Source: the human T2T-CHM13v2.0 reference genome, Homo sapiens. From it: a stretch of 64,000 nt of DNA. Location: assembly GCF_009914755.1 (NCBI RefSeq), contig NC_060940.1; one strand, 5' to 3'. The translations under genes and the position numbers were made by a program. Below, piece after piece: positions 53,231 through 64,000 of the stretch. How positions within the stretch are numbered: position 1 is the first letter of the stretch; each line of letters starts with the position of its first letter. A model generated the notes under the pieces. That model searched no databases, was not told the origin of the DNA, and worked only from the letters and a program-made list of their open reading frames with translations.

Positions 53231-53303
53231 TTCCTCTCATTTCTTGCTCTTCTCCAGGGAGTTTCCTCACTTCCTCTCATTTCTTGCTCTTCCCTAGGGA
53301 GTT
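53231..53303. repeat. 40-bp-period tandem duplication
   Basis: TTCCTCTCATTTCTTGCTCTTC(TCC/CCT)AGGGAGTT at 53231 and 53271. Confidence 0.9.
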
Positions 53304-53549
53304 CAGGTGGCACCCTAGAGTGGTGAGTGCTGGGCAAAGCAGACATTTCAAGATCTTTGTCACAGCCTTGGCTGCATATGGATCTGCAGACATCTCAGTA
53401 AGGGGTTGGGGGGTACACCCGTTAACGCCAACTGCAAAGCCACTCGGGCTTAGTCATGGTGGAAGAGGCTTCTTTATAAGGTCAGTAATTTAACAGAATC
53501 AAAACTCAAAACCTTCCAGAACTTGGAGGAAGATTTCTGCCTTGCCTTA

Positions 53550-54070
53550 CTGTATCGGGAAGCTTCTTAGCTGCAAGGAACAGAAAAAGATACTGGCTGC
53601 CTTACACAGGAAAGAAATGAATTCAAGAGTATGGGTGGCTGACTGCATTGTGAGGAGGGCTGGAGAGCCAGGCTCAGAGGCCACGCAGCCAGGGGGATGC
53701 CCCAGTCATCTCACAGGAAGGTCTGGTGAGGGCACTGTTGACATCATTCCTATGTGTTGGGTGCGTGTCCTCTCTCCTAGCCCTGCCATGGATGTCCCGG
53801 GGATTTGGTCTTGCTGCAATGGCTACTGCTGCTCCATGAATGCTACCCAATCCCCAACTTTTTATACCACAGAGATCCAATGAATAACCTGGGTTGGATG
53901 CTTCTGATTGGTGGAAGACAGTCACATGCCTCTGCTTCAGGTGCAAGGGATCCTGGGGAGATGGGTATCCCCCATTTTTATCGTCTGCTGAGGGAGGTGG
54001 ACTCAGCTCCTCCCAAGACTCAGAAAGTGGAAAATTTCTTCCAAATAAGCAGGAAGTTAACAAGCTGTGT
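53550..54070 (-). mobile_element. Ancient MLT1-type LTR (MLT1L/M/N-like)
   Basis: TGTATCGGGAAGCTTCTTAGCTGCAAGGAACAGAAA...CTGATTGGTGGAAGACAGTCACATGCC. Confidence 0.5.
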
Positions 54071-54114
54071 AACCAAAAGAATAACTATCCCAAACTATCT
54101 ATTATAAAATCATA

Positions 54115-54330
54115 ATCATAAAAGCTAACAATTCTATGCTCTTGTTATATGCTCTGTGCTGTTATGACTCATATATATTACCTTATCTAATCTTCACAGA
54201 AGTTCTATAAAGTCATTCTAAGTTGTTACCACTACCATATGAACAGATAAGGAAACTGAGGCCCAGAGAGCTGAGCTATTCATTCAAGATCCTGTAGCTC
54301 TAAAGTGGCAGAGCCAGGCTTTGAACACAG
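54115..54330 (-). mobile_element. MIR
   Basis: ACAGATAAGGAAACTGAGGCCCAGAGAG...AAGTGGCAGAGCCAGGCTTTGAAC. Confidence 0.85.
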
Positions 54331-54499
54331 GGCATGAGCTGCCTCTCAAACCCTAAGGCTGAAGTGACAGCAGAACCCAGATTTCTGACCTGAGCACCTC
54401 TCAGTTCCATAAGCCAGTAAATCCCTTACTTTTATTTAAAAGACAGTGACTGGTGTGATGGACGGGGGTGGGGGGGTGCAGTCTGAAAAATAATGATAA

Positions 54500-54710
54500 T
54501 AATATTAATAACAGGTGATATTGATTGAGTGCCTATACTTTTTACAGTTGAGTTAAGGTTATTCCTTTTAATCATCCCATCTGTCCTATGATTTAAGATA
54601 CAACTATTATCCTCATTTTATGGATGAGGAAATGAGGCTGAAAAGGGTTAAGAAATGTGACAAACTTGATACAACTTGTAGAAGACAAACAGGGTTCGAA
54701 TCCAGGGCTG
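54500..54710 (-). mobile_element. MIR
   Basis: CTCATTTTATGGATGAGGAAATGAGGCTG...GGGTTCGAATCCAGG. Confidence 0.75.
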
Positions 54711-55746
54711 TTACTAGTATGGGCTGTTAACTTTTGGCCAAAGTCCCTGTTTTTCCGCCCTCAACTGGTGGCTGATTTTACCTGGGCCTTTATATGCAAT
54801 TCTATTAGAGTTGTCCTCCCTACACCATGGAAAAATGCCTAATCTATAATGACAGCAGACATCTCTAGTTGACCAGCCTGCACTCTCCTACTTAATGTAA
54901 GCATGGCCTCAGATTCCTTCTTAACACAAATGTTTTCAGCAGCATCTTCCAACTGATCAGATTTGGCATGTGGGAGGCAAATGGTATCTCCTCCGTTATC
55001 TAAAGGGTTTGCGTGGATTCCAAGTGACTTGAGCCAGAGATTCCTTTATAGAGAATCAAAGAAGCAGGCACTTGGCTTTTTTCCCCCTGAACATCCATAA
55101 TAAATGGTTACAAAAGAGTGTGATCACAGTAGCTATTCTCTTACGGTTTAGTTTTGTTAGAATTTATTCCTAATTGAACATAATTTAAGGTTGCTTATAA
55201 TAAAAAGCACACAACCTTTAACTGGACATTTAAAAAAATCATATTAAACTGAGAACTGGGAGAAGAGAGATGATTTTGCCGAGAATTTTATGCAGTATTG
55301 TTACAATGCCTTAAAATTAAAATTATCCCCGAGTTCTCTGGCACCCAGATAATAAAGGGCAAGAAGATGTATGACTTCTGTGAGTTCTCCTTGCTTGGTA
55401 AGATGGAGGTATATATAATAGCTTGTGGGTGAATCTGGCCACAAATATGCTTTGTTTAACTGTACATGATTTGAAATAAGGATAGTCCACTTGAAAATCC
55501 AGCCTTGCTTTAAAGATGATAAGACATGGCCACTCCATGCTCATCTCTCTCAAGCTCAACCATCAGCAGGAGCTGAGCAGTGCCTGCCCCTTTAGACCAG
55601 CAGGCCGACTTCAGCTCCCTCTTCCCTTTCTCACCTGCCTACGCTAACTCAACTCATAGATCAGATCCCCACCCCCTTATCTGTGCCTCTCAGAGCTCAT
55701 CTTGGACTTTGTTCCCTTTCGCTCACTGTTCCTGCCTCTTCAGATC

Positions 55747-56057
55747 TTTTTTTTTTTTTTTTTTTTTTTTTTTTCCGGACAGGGTCTCCCTCTGTCGCCC
55801 AGGCTGGAGTGCAGTGGCTCAGTCCTTGCTCACTGTAACCTCTGCCTGCGGGGTTCAAACAATTCTCCTGCCTCAGCCACCTGAGTAGCTGGGATTACAG
55901 GTGTGTGCCACCACATCTGGCTAATTTTTGTATTTTTAGTAGAGACGGGGTTTTGCCATGTTGGCCAGGCCAGTCTTGAATTCCTAAGCTCAAGTGATCT
56001 GCCGTGCTCGGCCTCCCAAAGTGCTGGGGTTACAGGCGTGAGCCACTGCGCCCAGCC
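55747..56057 (-). mobile_element. AluS
   Basis: Poly-T of ~27 nt, followed by a full antisense Alu ending GTGAGCCACTGCGCCCAGCC. Confidence 0.92.
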
Positions 56058-56064
56058 TCTTAGG

Positions 56065-56475
56065 AGCTTTCTCTGCTTCTAATCCACCAAGCATGTTCCT
56101 GCCTCCAGGCCTTTGCACTTGCTGTGCCCTCTGTCTGGAACAGCGTGGCCCCTGCACAGCTGCCTGCTCAGGTCTTTGCTCAATTGTCACGTTATCAGTG
56201 AGACCTTCCCTGCCCACCCCACAGAAAACAGCAGCACCCCCCACCACTCTCTACCCTCTAAACCTGCTCCATTTTTTCCATGGCATTCATTACTATCTAA
56301 TCTATTTCTATTAGTACGTATTTGTTGAGTTTTTTCTCTTACATCCGGCAATGTAATTCTCTGGGGAATGAAAGTGGGGACTGGGGCCGGGGTTCTCATT
56401 TGTTCCCTGCTCTATACCCAGCACTAGAGCAGTGGCTGGCACATCGGAGACATTGAATGTAGGAAATGAATGCAT
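56065..56475 (+). mobile_element. L2a 3' region
   Basis: CAAGCATGTTCCTGCCTCCAGGCCTTTGCACTTGCTGT...CCCAGCACTAGAGCAGTGGCTGGCACA...AAATGAATG. Confidence 0.85.
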
Positions 56476-57699
56476 AAAAATCTATGTCCAGTCAACGTTA
56501 ATCTGTGAGACATACATATCTAATCTTTCCAATTAAAGATATCTTTATATAAATATAAAGATTAGAGGCATAAAGATGCATTGTTTTATCTTGGGCTGTA
56601 AAGATACAATGCTATAAAGACAGCTATATTTATATCTATAGTGCTTGCAGATTAAAGGCCAAACAATGACCAGTAGTCACAGAAGGCAAAGACAATGGCA
56701 ATGCTGTTTACGGTTTCCTTGCATACTGTTTCTGTGAGCTCCTTTTCTTTATAAGTGCTATTAACCCTTTGTGGGATTGTCGGATTCTTTCTTGAAATAG
56801 CCCCAGTTGGCCAACTCTTCTGACAGGTTAGAATCCAAACATGGATGTTTGGATTTACAAACCTCCCTTACAAATAGAGAGGTGAACTTGGGTTCAAGCA
56901 GCGTCTCTCCTTTCCCTAGCTGCATCTCTGTTTGGGTGGCTGGGCGGGGATAATCCAGCCTGTACATGCCTGGCCTTCTTTACTCCATCAAAATTCCCCA
57001 TAGACATGCTCTGCGTCTACCCCGTGTGTCTCCATGGCCCTAAGCCCACGCCATGCATTTCCTCTCCAGCTCACCCTAACCGGAGTCCTCTTGGATCCAG
57101 CAAAATCTTATTTCAACACCCGTCAACCCAGAAATGTGTCCTTCTCCAAGGCAGGGCTGGCACTGCTCACAGCTCTGGAAAGTCCACTGTGGTCAGGACA
57201 CCCACTCTGATCTGAGCTCACTTTCTGTGCCTGGAGAAGCCTTTTCATTCAATGCATCCCAGCACAGGCATAGTGCAGGCACTTCAGCTCCTGGTTGTAG
57301 ATGAAATGAGTGGAGAGAGGGAATCTTGCTGGATCCTGGACAGTGGTGCTGAATGAGCTGTCAGCAGGTACGGGACCACTGTGTCAGTCTTGCTACCCCC
57401 AGAAGCTCATCTCCCTTTCCCCAAGCTCCTTGTCTCCTTCCACCTGCAGCAAGGTGCCTCCCAGGGGGGTCCCACTCACCTCCCACCTCCCAGGCCCTCA
57501 CTCCCTCACTGGTGAAGGCCAGAAGAGGATGGAGGTGGGGTTCTCCTGTTTAGAGGCCACCCTCCAGTGCCAAGAAGTTTGGGGTATCCTTGGGCAGTGG
57601 GGTCATTTTATTCCCAAACCCTTCAAGATCCTCCTGCCAGGGAAAGGTTTCTTTTCCTGCCTTAGGAAGCCACTTCCGGAGGCAAGCTTCAGGAGAAAA

Positions 57700-58130
57700 G
57701 GAAAAGCAGATGTCAGCCTGTGACACAGAATAATCGATTTGCTCAGTGCTTGTATTTTCCTACCAATTTTGTATTTTTCAAAAAGGACAATCAAACAATT
57801 GTACTCTCGGCTAATTAATGACAAGCTGGTAAAAGCATCTCCTCATTGTTCCATTTATTTCTCCATTTCTCCCAGTTAACAGCCCTGTCTCTGAAATGAA
57901 TCAATGTCGTTTACACAATGCTGTCACCCCATTGTTCCTTTATCATCCTCCATTTTCATAAATCGGGGTGTTAATCCCTTAATGGCTTTTCTCAGTGCTT
58001 AAAAAAAATGAAAGGAAAAAAAAAAAGGAAAGAAAAAAAGCCCAGCTCCTGCTCACTCTTAATCCGCCTGTAGACAATGGGTGTTTACACAGGCGGCCCT
58101 GTGAGGTGTTTACTCAAACAAGCAGGTCCA
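57700..58130. promoter_or_regulatory. Candidate SOX/homeodomain/MEIS/FOX enhancer
   Basis: AACAAT (57794), CATTGTT twice (57844, 57930), ACAATG, TAATTAAT plus TGACA (57812-57823), CTGTCA, TAATCC twice and TGTTTAC twice; repeat-free. Confidence 0.5.
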
Positions 58131-59129
58131 GTTGGGGATTTAGCCCTTTCTGTTTGTTGGCTAAACAGGAGGCCAACTGGGGATACACCCCTTCCTCAGG
58201 TAGGGTCTGCCCCAGCCCCCGCCCAGGACTTTCTGCTGGACTCTTTGATGAGGTCTCCCACATTTGCCCTGATGGTCCAGGAAAGCCTTGATGCCAGGTG
58301 GGGGTACAGGATGGGAGAAGATGGGATAGGGACTTCCTGGTCTTCCCAATTCACAATTCCTGTGCCTTCTCACTCATCTCGCATGAGAGCAGTGGTGGTC
58401 CAGAGGGGTCTTCTGATGCACTCAGAAATTTCAGAACAACTATACTAAGGGGTTTCATTTTAAGGTTAAAAAGTAAATATCTAGAATTAAAGCTCATTTC
58501 ACTTAACAAATACTGGCTGACTTTTGGTCTTTGTTTGGCAGACTGAAATTTTAGCATTGAGTGAACTGGTGCCTGCTGCCATGAAGTTCAGTCTACTGAG
58601 CAGGCTACCCCCAGCTGGACCCCTGCCCTGACCACCTCTTCACTTCTCAGGCCCTGCACAATGACTGGCACAATAATAATAGTAACAATAATAGTATTAT
58701 TATTGCCCAAGACTGGGGCATCAGAAACTGCCTTCTAAACAGCTCAGTGCTTGTGTGGGGGCACAGAAAGAGGGGCATGCCCACACCAGCGTGGGAGATG
58801 AGGATCAAAGGCATCCAGAAATACTGAGGCAGTAGGGGTGTGGAGGGGGCCAAGAACTCTGTCTCAGCCTGCTTTGCAGGAATCTAGGTTTTCCAGAATC
58901 TCATGTGCCCTCACTCAGTGAACACATCCTGGCTGAGCTTTTTCTCTGTGTCAGCCCATGTGCAAGCTGCTCGGAGGCTTTGAGGTAAATCAGAAGGTCC
59001 CTGCCCTCAAGCAGCTCACAATCTAGTGAGAGCACAGAAAATTTGCACAAACAACTTGCAAAGACCCCTGGAGAATGTTGCAATAGCCCTTCTGAAATGT
59101 CACAAAGAAGGCACGATCACCCCAGTGCA

Positions 59130-60172
59130 GGTGGTTGTGCTGGTGATGGAGATGGTGGTAGATATGGTGGTGCTCGTGGTAGTGGTGAAGATGGAGTTGG
59201 TGGTGATGGAGATGGTGATGGTGGTGGAGGTGATGGTGATGGTGATGGTGGTGGTGGTGATGGTGGTGATGGTGGTGCTGGTGGTAGAGGTGGTGATGAT
59301 GGTGGAGATGGTGGTGGTGGTAAAGATGGTGATAGAGATAGTTGGTAGTGATGGTGGCAGTAGTGGTAGTGGTATTGGAGGTGGTGGTGATGGTGATGAT
59401 AGTGGTGGGTGAGGTGAAGATGATGGTGGAGATGGTGGTAGAGATGGTGATGATAGTGGTGGATGTGGTGGTGATGGTGGTGGTGATGTGGTGGAGATGG
59501 TAATGAAGATGGTGGTGGTGGTAGTGGTGGTGGAGGTGAAGATGGTGGTAGAGATGGTGATGAAGATGATGGTGGTGGTGAATGTTGTGAGGTGAAGATT
59601 GTGGTGGAGATGGTGGTGATGGTGGAGGTGGTGGGATGGTGGTGGAGGTGATGGTGATGGTGGTGGAAATGGTGGTGATGGTGGAGGTGGTGGGATGGTG
59701 GTGGAGGTGGAGGTGGTGGTGATGGCAGTGCTGGTGTTGGAGGTGGTAATGATTGTGGTGGAGGTGGTGGTGATGGTGGTGGAGATGATAATGGAGATGG
59801 TGGTGGCAGCGGTGGTGGTGGTGTTGGAAGTGAAAATGGTTGTGGAGATGAGGTGGTGGTGATGGTGGTGAAGGTGGTAATGGAGATGCTGGCAGTAGTG
59901 GTGGTGGAGGCAAAGACGGTGGTAAAGATGGTGGTGGTGATGCGGGCAGTGGTGGAAGTGGTAGAGGTGAAGACAGTCATGGAAATGGTGGTGGTGGTTG
60001 AGGTGGTGGTGGTGGCAGTGGAAATGGTGATGGAGGTGGTGGAGGTAAAGATGGTGGTGGAGATGTTGATGAAAATTGTGGTGGTGGAGGTGGAGTTGGT
60101 AGAAGTAGAGATGGTGGTGGAGGTGATGGGGGTGATGGTGGTGATGGTGATGAACAAGGAGGAGGTGGTGAT
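59130..60172. repeat. Degenerate (TGG)n/(TGA/GGA) trinucleotide low-complexity tract, ~1.04 kb
   Basis: Read directly; it produces the spurious poly-His, poly-Thr, poly-Pro and poly-Val ORFs. Confidence 0.97.
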
Positions 60173-60339
60173 TTGCTGGCAGCTTAACAGAGAAGATCCT
60201 CTCTTTGAACCTTTCAGTCTGAGACAAAGTTCCCCAGGTGGACTTGAGCTAAAGGAGAACATTCAGGGCAGAATAATAATATTGGTAGTGGGATCATGGG
60301 TAATTTTTCTTTTTTTTCCTTTTGGCTGGGTGGCAATAG

Positions 60340-60480
60340 AGCAGAGACAGAGAAAGACAGACCCGCATTCGAATCCTGGTTTTCCTGCTTCAAAGTTGAG
60401 GACTTGGGCTGAGCATTTTGGCCCCTCTCCACTTCAGAGTCAGCAGCTGTAAAATAGGTTTCCTCATGCCTTCCTAACAT
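60340..60480 (+). mobile_element. MIR fragment
   Basis: AGACAGACCCGCATTCGAATCCTGG...GACTTGGGC...CTGTAAAATAGG. Confidence 0.55.
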
Positions 60481-60689
60481 TCGCTGATTGGCATAGAGTG
60501 ATAGATGTTATTACAATTATTGCTTCTATTGGCTAGCTTAGGATGAACAGGTATCATTTCTATGAGAACCTAAGCCATCTACCCCACATGGCTTACTTTT
60601 ATAATAACATGATTTTACTAATCCTGTTTTTATTAGCATAACTTTACTATTCCAGCAATATTCTTGCCCTGTCAATTAACTTTATGGTT

Positions 60690-61478
60690 CATTACCAGAA
60701 TATCCCGAAAAAAAAATCAATTCTCCAATATAAATCATTCAATGCTTTACCCTCTAAGACTTTTTGAAGTAGCCCCCTCAAAACCCTCACTTTGCTGTTT
60801 CTGCCAATCCTAACCTATCATAGCATGGTACTTACCTGATTCTAACCAACTCCTCCTCCCTTTGAAAATACTCTTTAAGCCAGACTTGAGAATCTCAGTA
60901 AAAATAACCTTGCCCTTCCCCATTTAAGATGCTGCCTGTCTTAGTCTGTTTGCATTGCTGTAAAGAAATACCTGAGGCTGGGTAATTTACAAAGGAAAGA
61001 GATTTATCTGGCTCACACTTCTGTAGGCTGTACAGGAAGCACAGTGCCAGCATCTTCTTCTGGTGGGGACCTCAGGCTGTTTCTGCTCATGGTGGAAGGC
61101 AGATGGGAGCTGGCATGTGCAGAGATCACATGGTGAGAGAGGAAGCAAGAGAAATAGGGAGGAGGAGGGGAGATGCCAGGCTCTTTTTAACAACCAGTTC
61201 TTGCAGGAACTAATACAGTGAGAACTCATTCTTGTTGCAACAAGCGAACCAAGCCATTTATGAGGGATCCACCCCATGACCCAAACACTTCCCATTAGTC
61301 CACACCTCCCACAGTGAGGATCATATTTTGCCATGAGGTTTGGAGGCATCAAACATCCAAACTATAGCACTGCCAAAGCTCTTTTGAGGTGGTGTTCTCC
61401 CTCATTGTGGTGACCAATCAATTCAGCTTTGCTTTATCAACAGGCTGTTAGTGGTATTTGGGGAGCCAGCATTCAACA
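60690..61478 (+). mobile_element. Old ERV1-type LTR split by MSTB
   Basis: CTGATTCTAACCAACTCC...CCCTTCCCCATTTAAGATGCTGCC | AAAGCTCTTTTGAGGTGGTGTTCTCCC...CAGCTTTGCTTTATCAACAGG...CATTCAACA. Confidence 0.5.
60937..61369 (-). mobile_element. MSTB MaLR solo LTR
   Basis: TGTCTTAGTCTGTTTGCATTGCTGTAAAGAAATACCTGAGGCTGGGTAATTT...CAAACATCCAAACTATAGCA. TG...CA termini; 5-bp TSD CTGCC at 60932-60936 and 61370-61374. Confidence 0.92.
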
Positions 61479-61502
61479 CCTGTGATTAAAATGTTATAGA
61501 AC

Positions 61503-61790
61503 GGCCAGGCATGGTGGCTCATGCCTGTAATCCCAGCACTTTGGGAGGCCGAGGCAGGTGGATCATGAGGTCAGGAGATTGAGACCATCCTGGCTAACAC
61601 GATGAAACCCCGTCTCTACGAAAAAACAAAAAATTAGCCGGGTGTAGTGGCGGGCGCCTGTAGTCCCAGCTACTCAGGAGGCTGAGGCAGGAGAATGGCA
61701 TGAACCCAGGAGGCAGAGCTTGCAGTGAGCCGAGATCACACCACTGCACTCCAGCCTGGGGCAACAGCAAGACTCTGTCTCAAAAAAAAA
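61503..61790 (+). mobile_element. AluY
   Basis: ACCATCCTGGCTAACAC, GAATGGCATGAACCC and GAGCTTGCAGTG; TSD AAAATGTTATAGAAC. Confidence 0.93.
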
Positions 61791-61964
61791 ATGTTATAGA
61801 ACAACATAACTACCTCTTCCATAATCTTATTGAGAGGGCACGTGGAGGCTTTTACTACTATAGGAAACTTCACCTTGTTGATTTAGGAAATAGAAGCAGC
61901 TGAGGTGAGTTGGAAATACACTTGCTGTGGGTCTTGAGAAAATTTTAAAATCTTCCCTATGACT

Positions 61965-62120
61965 TTAAATTATCTATTTGCTTGTGATCATTTGTTTAAT
62001 GTCTTTCTCCTGCCAAAACTATAACTCCATGTAGGATAGTACTGTGTCTTCATCACCCTTTGTCTCCAGCTTCCAGTAAAGTGCCTGGCACATGGTAGGT
62101 TCAGTTGTTGAATGAATGAC
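61965..62120 (+). mobile_element. L2 3' end
   Basis: AAACTATAACTCCATG...AGTGCCTGGCACATGGTAGG...GTTGAATGAATGA. Confidence 0.8.
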
Positions 62121-62764
62121 TGGGTGGATGTATGGAGGAAGGGATCTGGGTTACAGTCCTGGATCTGCTACTGATTTGCTATGTGCCTTTGGCCAAGTCC
62201 ATTCTCTTTCTAGGCCTCAGTTTCCCCACAGGCTCAATGCTGGGTGAAATCACTCCTGGAATTCCACATTTATGTTTTAGGTCGTTATGATTCCTAGGAC
62301 AGCAGCCACATCTCAGGCTTCAAAGGAGGCTAGGTAAGACAGCTGAAGACCATGCTGTTGGAAACCTGAGACTGACAGTTCCAGGATTCATGGCAATTAA
62401 TTTGAAATTCTCAGATCTGGTTCTTTTCCCAACCCCTGAGACTTAGTAGGATAGGCGGAGGCCAGGATGTTTCCTATTTGTTAGCCACTGCATTTATGTG
62501 AAGTGCTGCCTTCTCCTGCTTCCCTCCCTTTCCCTTTAGGGTGTGTGTGGGTATCTGGGTGCACATTCTGGGAGTGGTTCTCTGTGGCATGTGGTACATG
62601 CCCCTTTCCTTGTTTTCCTCCTGATCATGTTAGCTGTCCTCCTCAAACCCTGGCACAGCCTGCTCTTGGCAAGGCAACACTGTCAGTCATTTACACCTCC
62701 CTGGAGACTGACATTTCTCCTCTCCCTTCCAGAGATATTTATAATTAGCATGTCCCATGATGAA

Positions 62765-62965
62765 GCACAAGGGTTGGCTGGTTCTAACCTTATAGGTGGT
62801 TCCTGACTTACCAGTCGTGTGATGTTGGGCAAGTTATGTAGCCCCTTTATGGTTTAATTTCCTAATCTGCAAAATGGATATAATGCTAGTAATCACCCCA
62901 TTAGGTTGTCGAGAGGTTAAATGAGTTAGTACAGTAAAACACTAGGACAGATGGTGGTGCACACA
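62765..62965 (+). mobile_element. MIR
   Basis: GTGTGATGTTGGGCAAGTTA...TTTCCTAATCTGCAAAATGGATATAAT...TTAAATGAGTTAGTAC. Confidence 0.8.
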
Positions 62966-63044
62966 GCACACACATCACAGCCATTAGCCACTGTCCTCAT
63001 CCTGTAAGTACCTGGTGATGCCTGACTTGAGGTCTGGGCTCTGT

Positions 63045-63702
<658 letters not shown>

Positions 63703-64000
63703 TTATAACTGGGTAAATGTTCTTGGCCTTTATTCAGCAGAACATTGTTACCTCCTTTCTCCTGGCAAGATAAAAAAAGAACACATCCTTAGATGTGTCA
63801 GAAAACAGAAAGCTCTCAACGTAAAGTGCCTCCCAGTAGAGAAACAAACCTCCACGTTTGAAACCTGCTCCAAACCACTCCCGGGCTCTGTAAAAAGGCC
63901 CAGGCAAATGAGAACTCCAGATCAGAACCTGGGTGTGGGGGAGCTATGTAGAACTCCGGCAAGCTATTTAAAGAGATTTAAACGCGCCGTTTCCTAGTTA

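Noticed and set aside
59023-60452. Long ORFs (296, 375, 381 and 199 aa) rich in His, Thr, Pro or Val that resemble mucin or histidine-rich proteins
   Set aside because: They are overlapping frames on both strands of a degenerate TGG repeat. There is no signal peptide, domain or splice context.

Overview
This is primate, almost certainly human, non-coding genomic DNA. It carries a consensus-perfect AluYa5 and an AluYb9, both human-specific subfamilies. No protein-coding gene, tRNA/rRNA gene, CpG island or CRISPR array is supported. The notable ORFs in the track come from Alu, L1 or LTR sequence, microsatellites or the 1-kb (TGG)n tract, and the rest are chance-length. Much of the window is interspersed repeat: Alu J/S/Y, L1M/L1PA, MIR, L2, MaLR/ERVL/ERV1 LTRs, and MER6, MER20, MER3, MER5 and MADE2 DNA elements. 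I found no evidence for a new multi-gene biological system. The most notable observations are: (i) a BC200 (BCYRN1) retrocopy that ends without a poly(A) tail inside the BC200 unique 3' domain, with a 12-bp TSD; (ii) a nested local duplication in which a 320-bp segment was copied into an older ~500-bp duplicate; (iii) a polyadenylated LTR 3'-end retrocopy inside an L1; (iv) several more local duplications and template-switch scars; (v) AT-rich palindromes; (vi) five repeat-free islands dense in PBX/HOX/MEIS/SOX/FOX motifs, which look like developmental enhancers in a gene desert or large intron. Repeat subfamily names come from my recall of consensus sequences, not from a RepeatMasker run. Boundaries of old repeats are approximate. 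I cannot identify the chromosomal locus.
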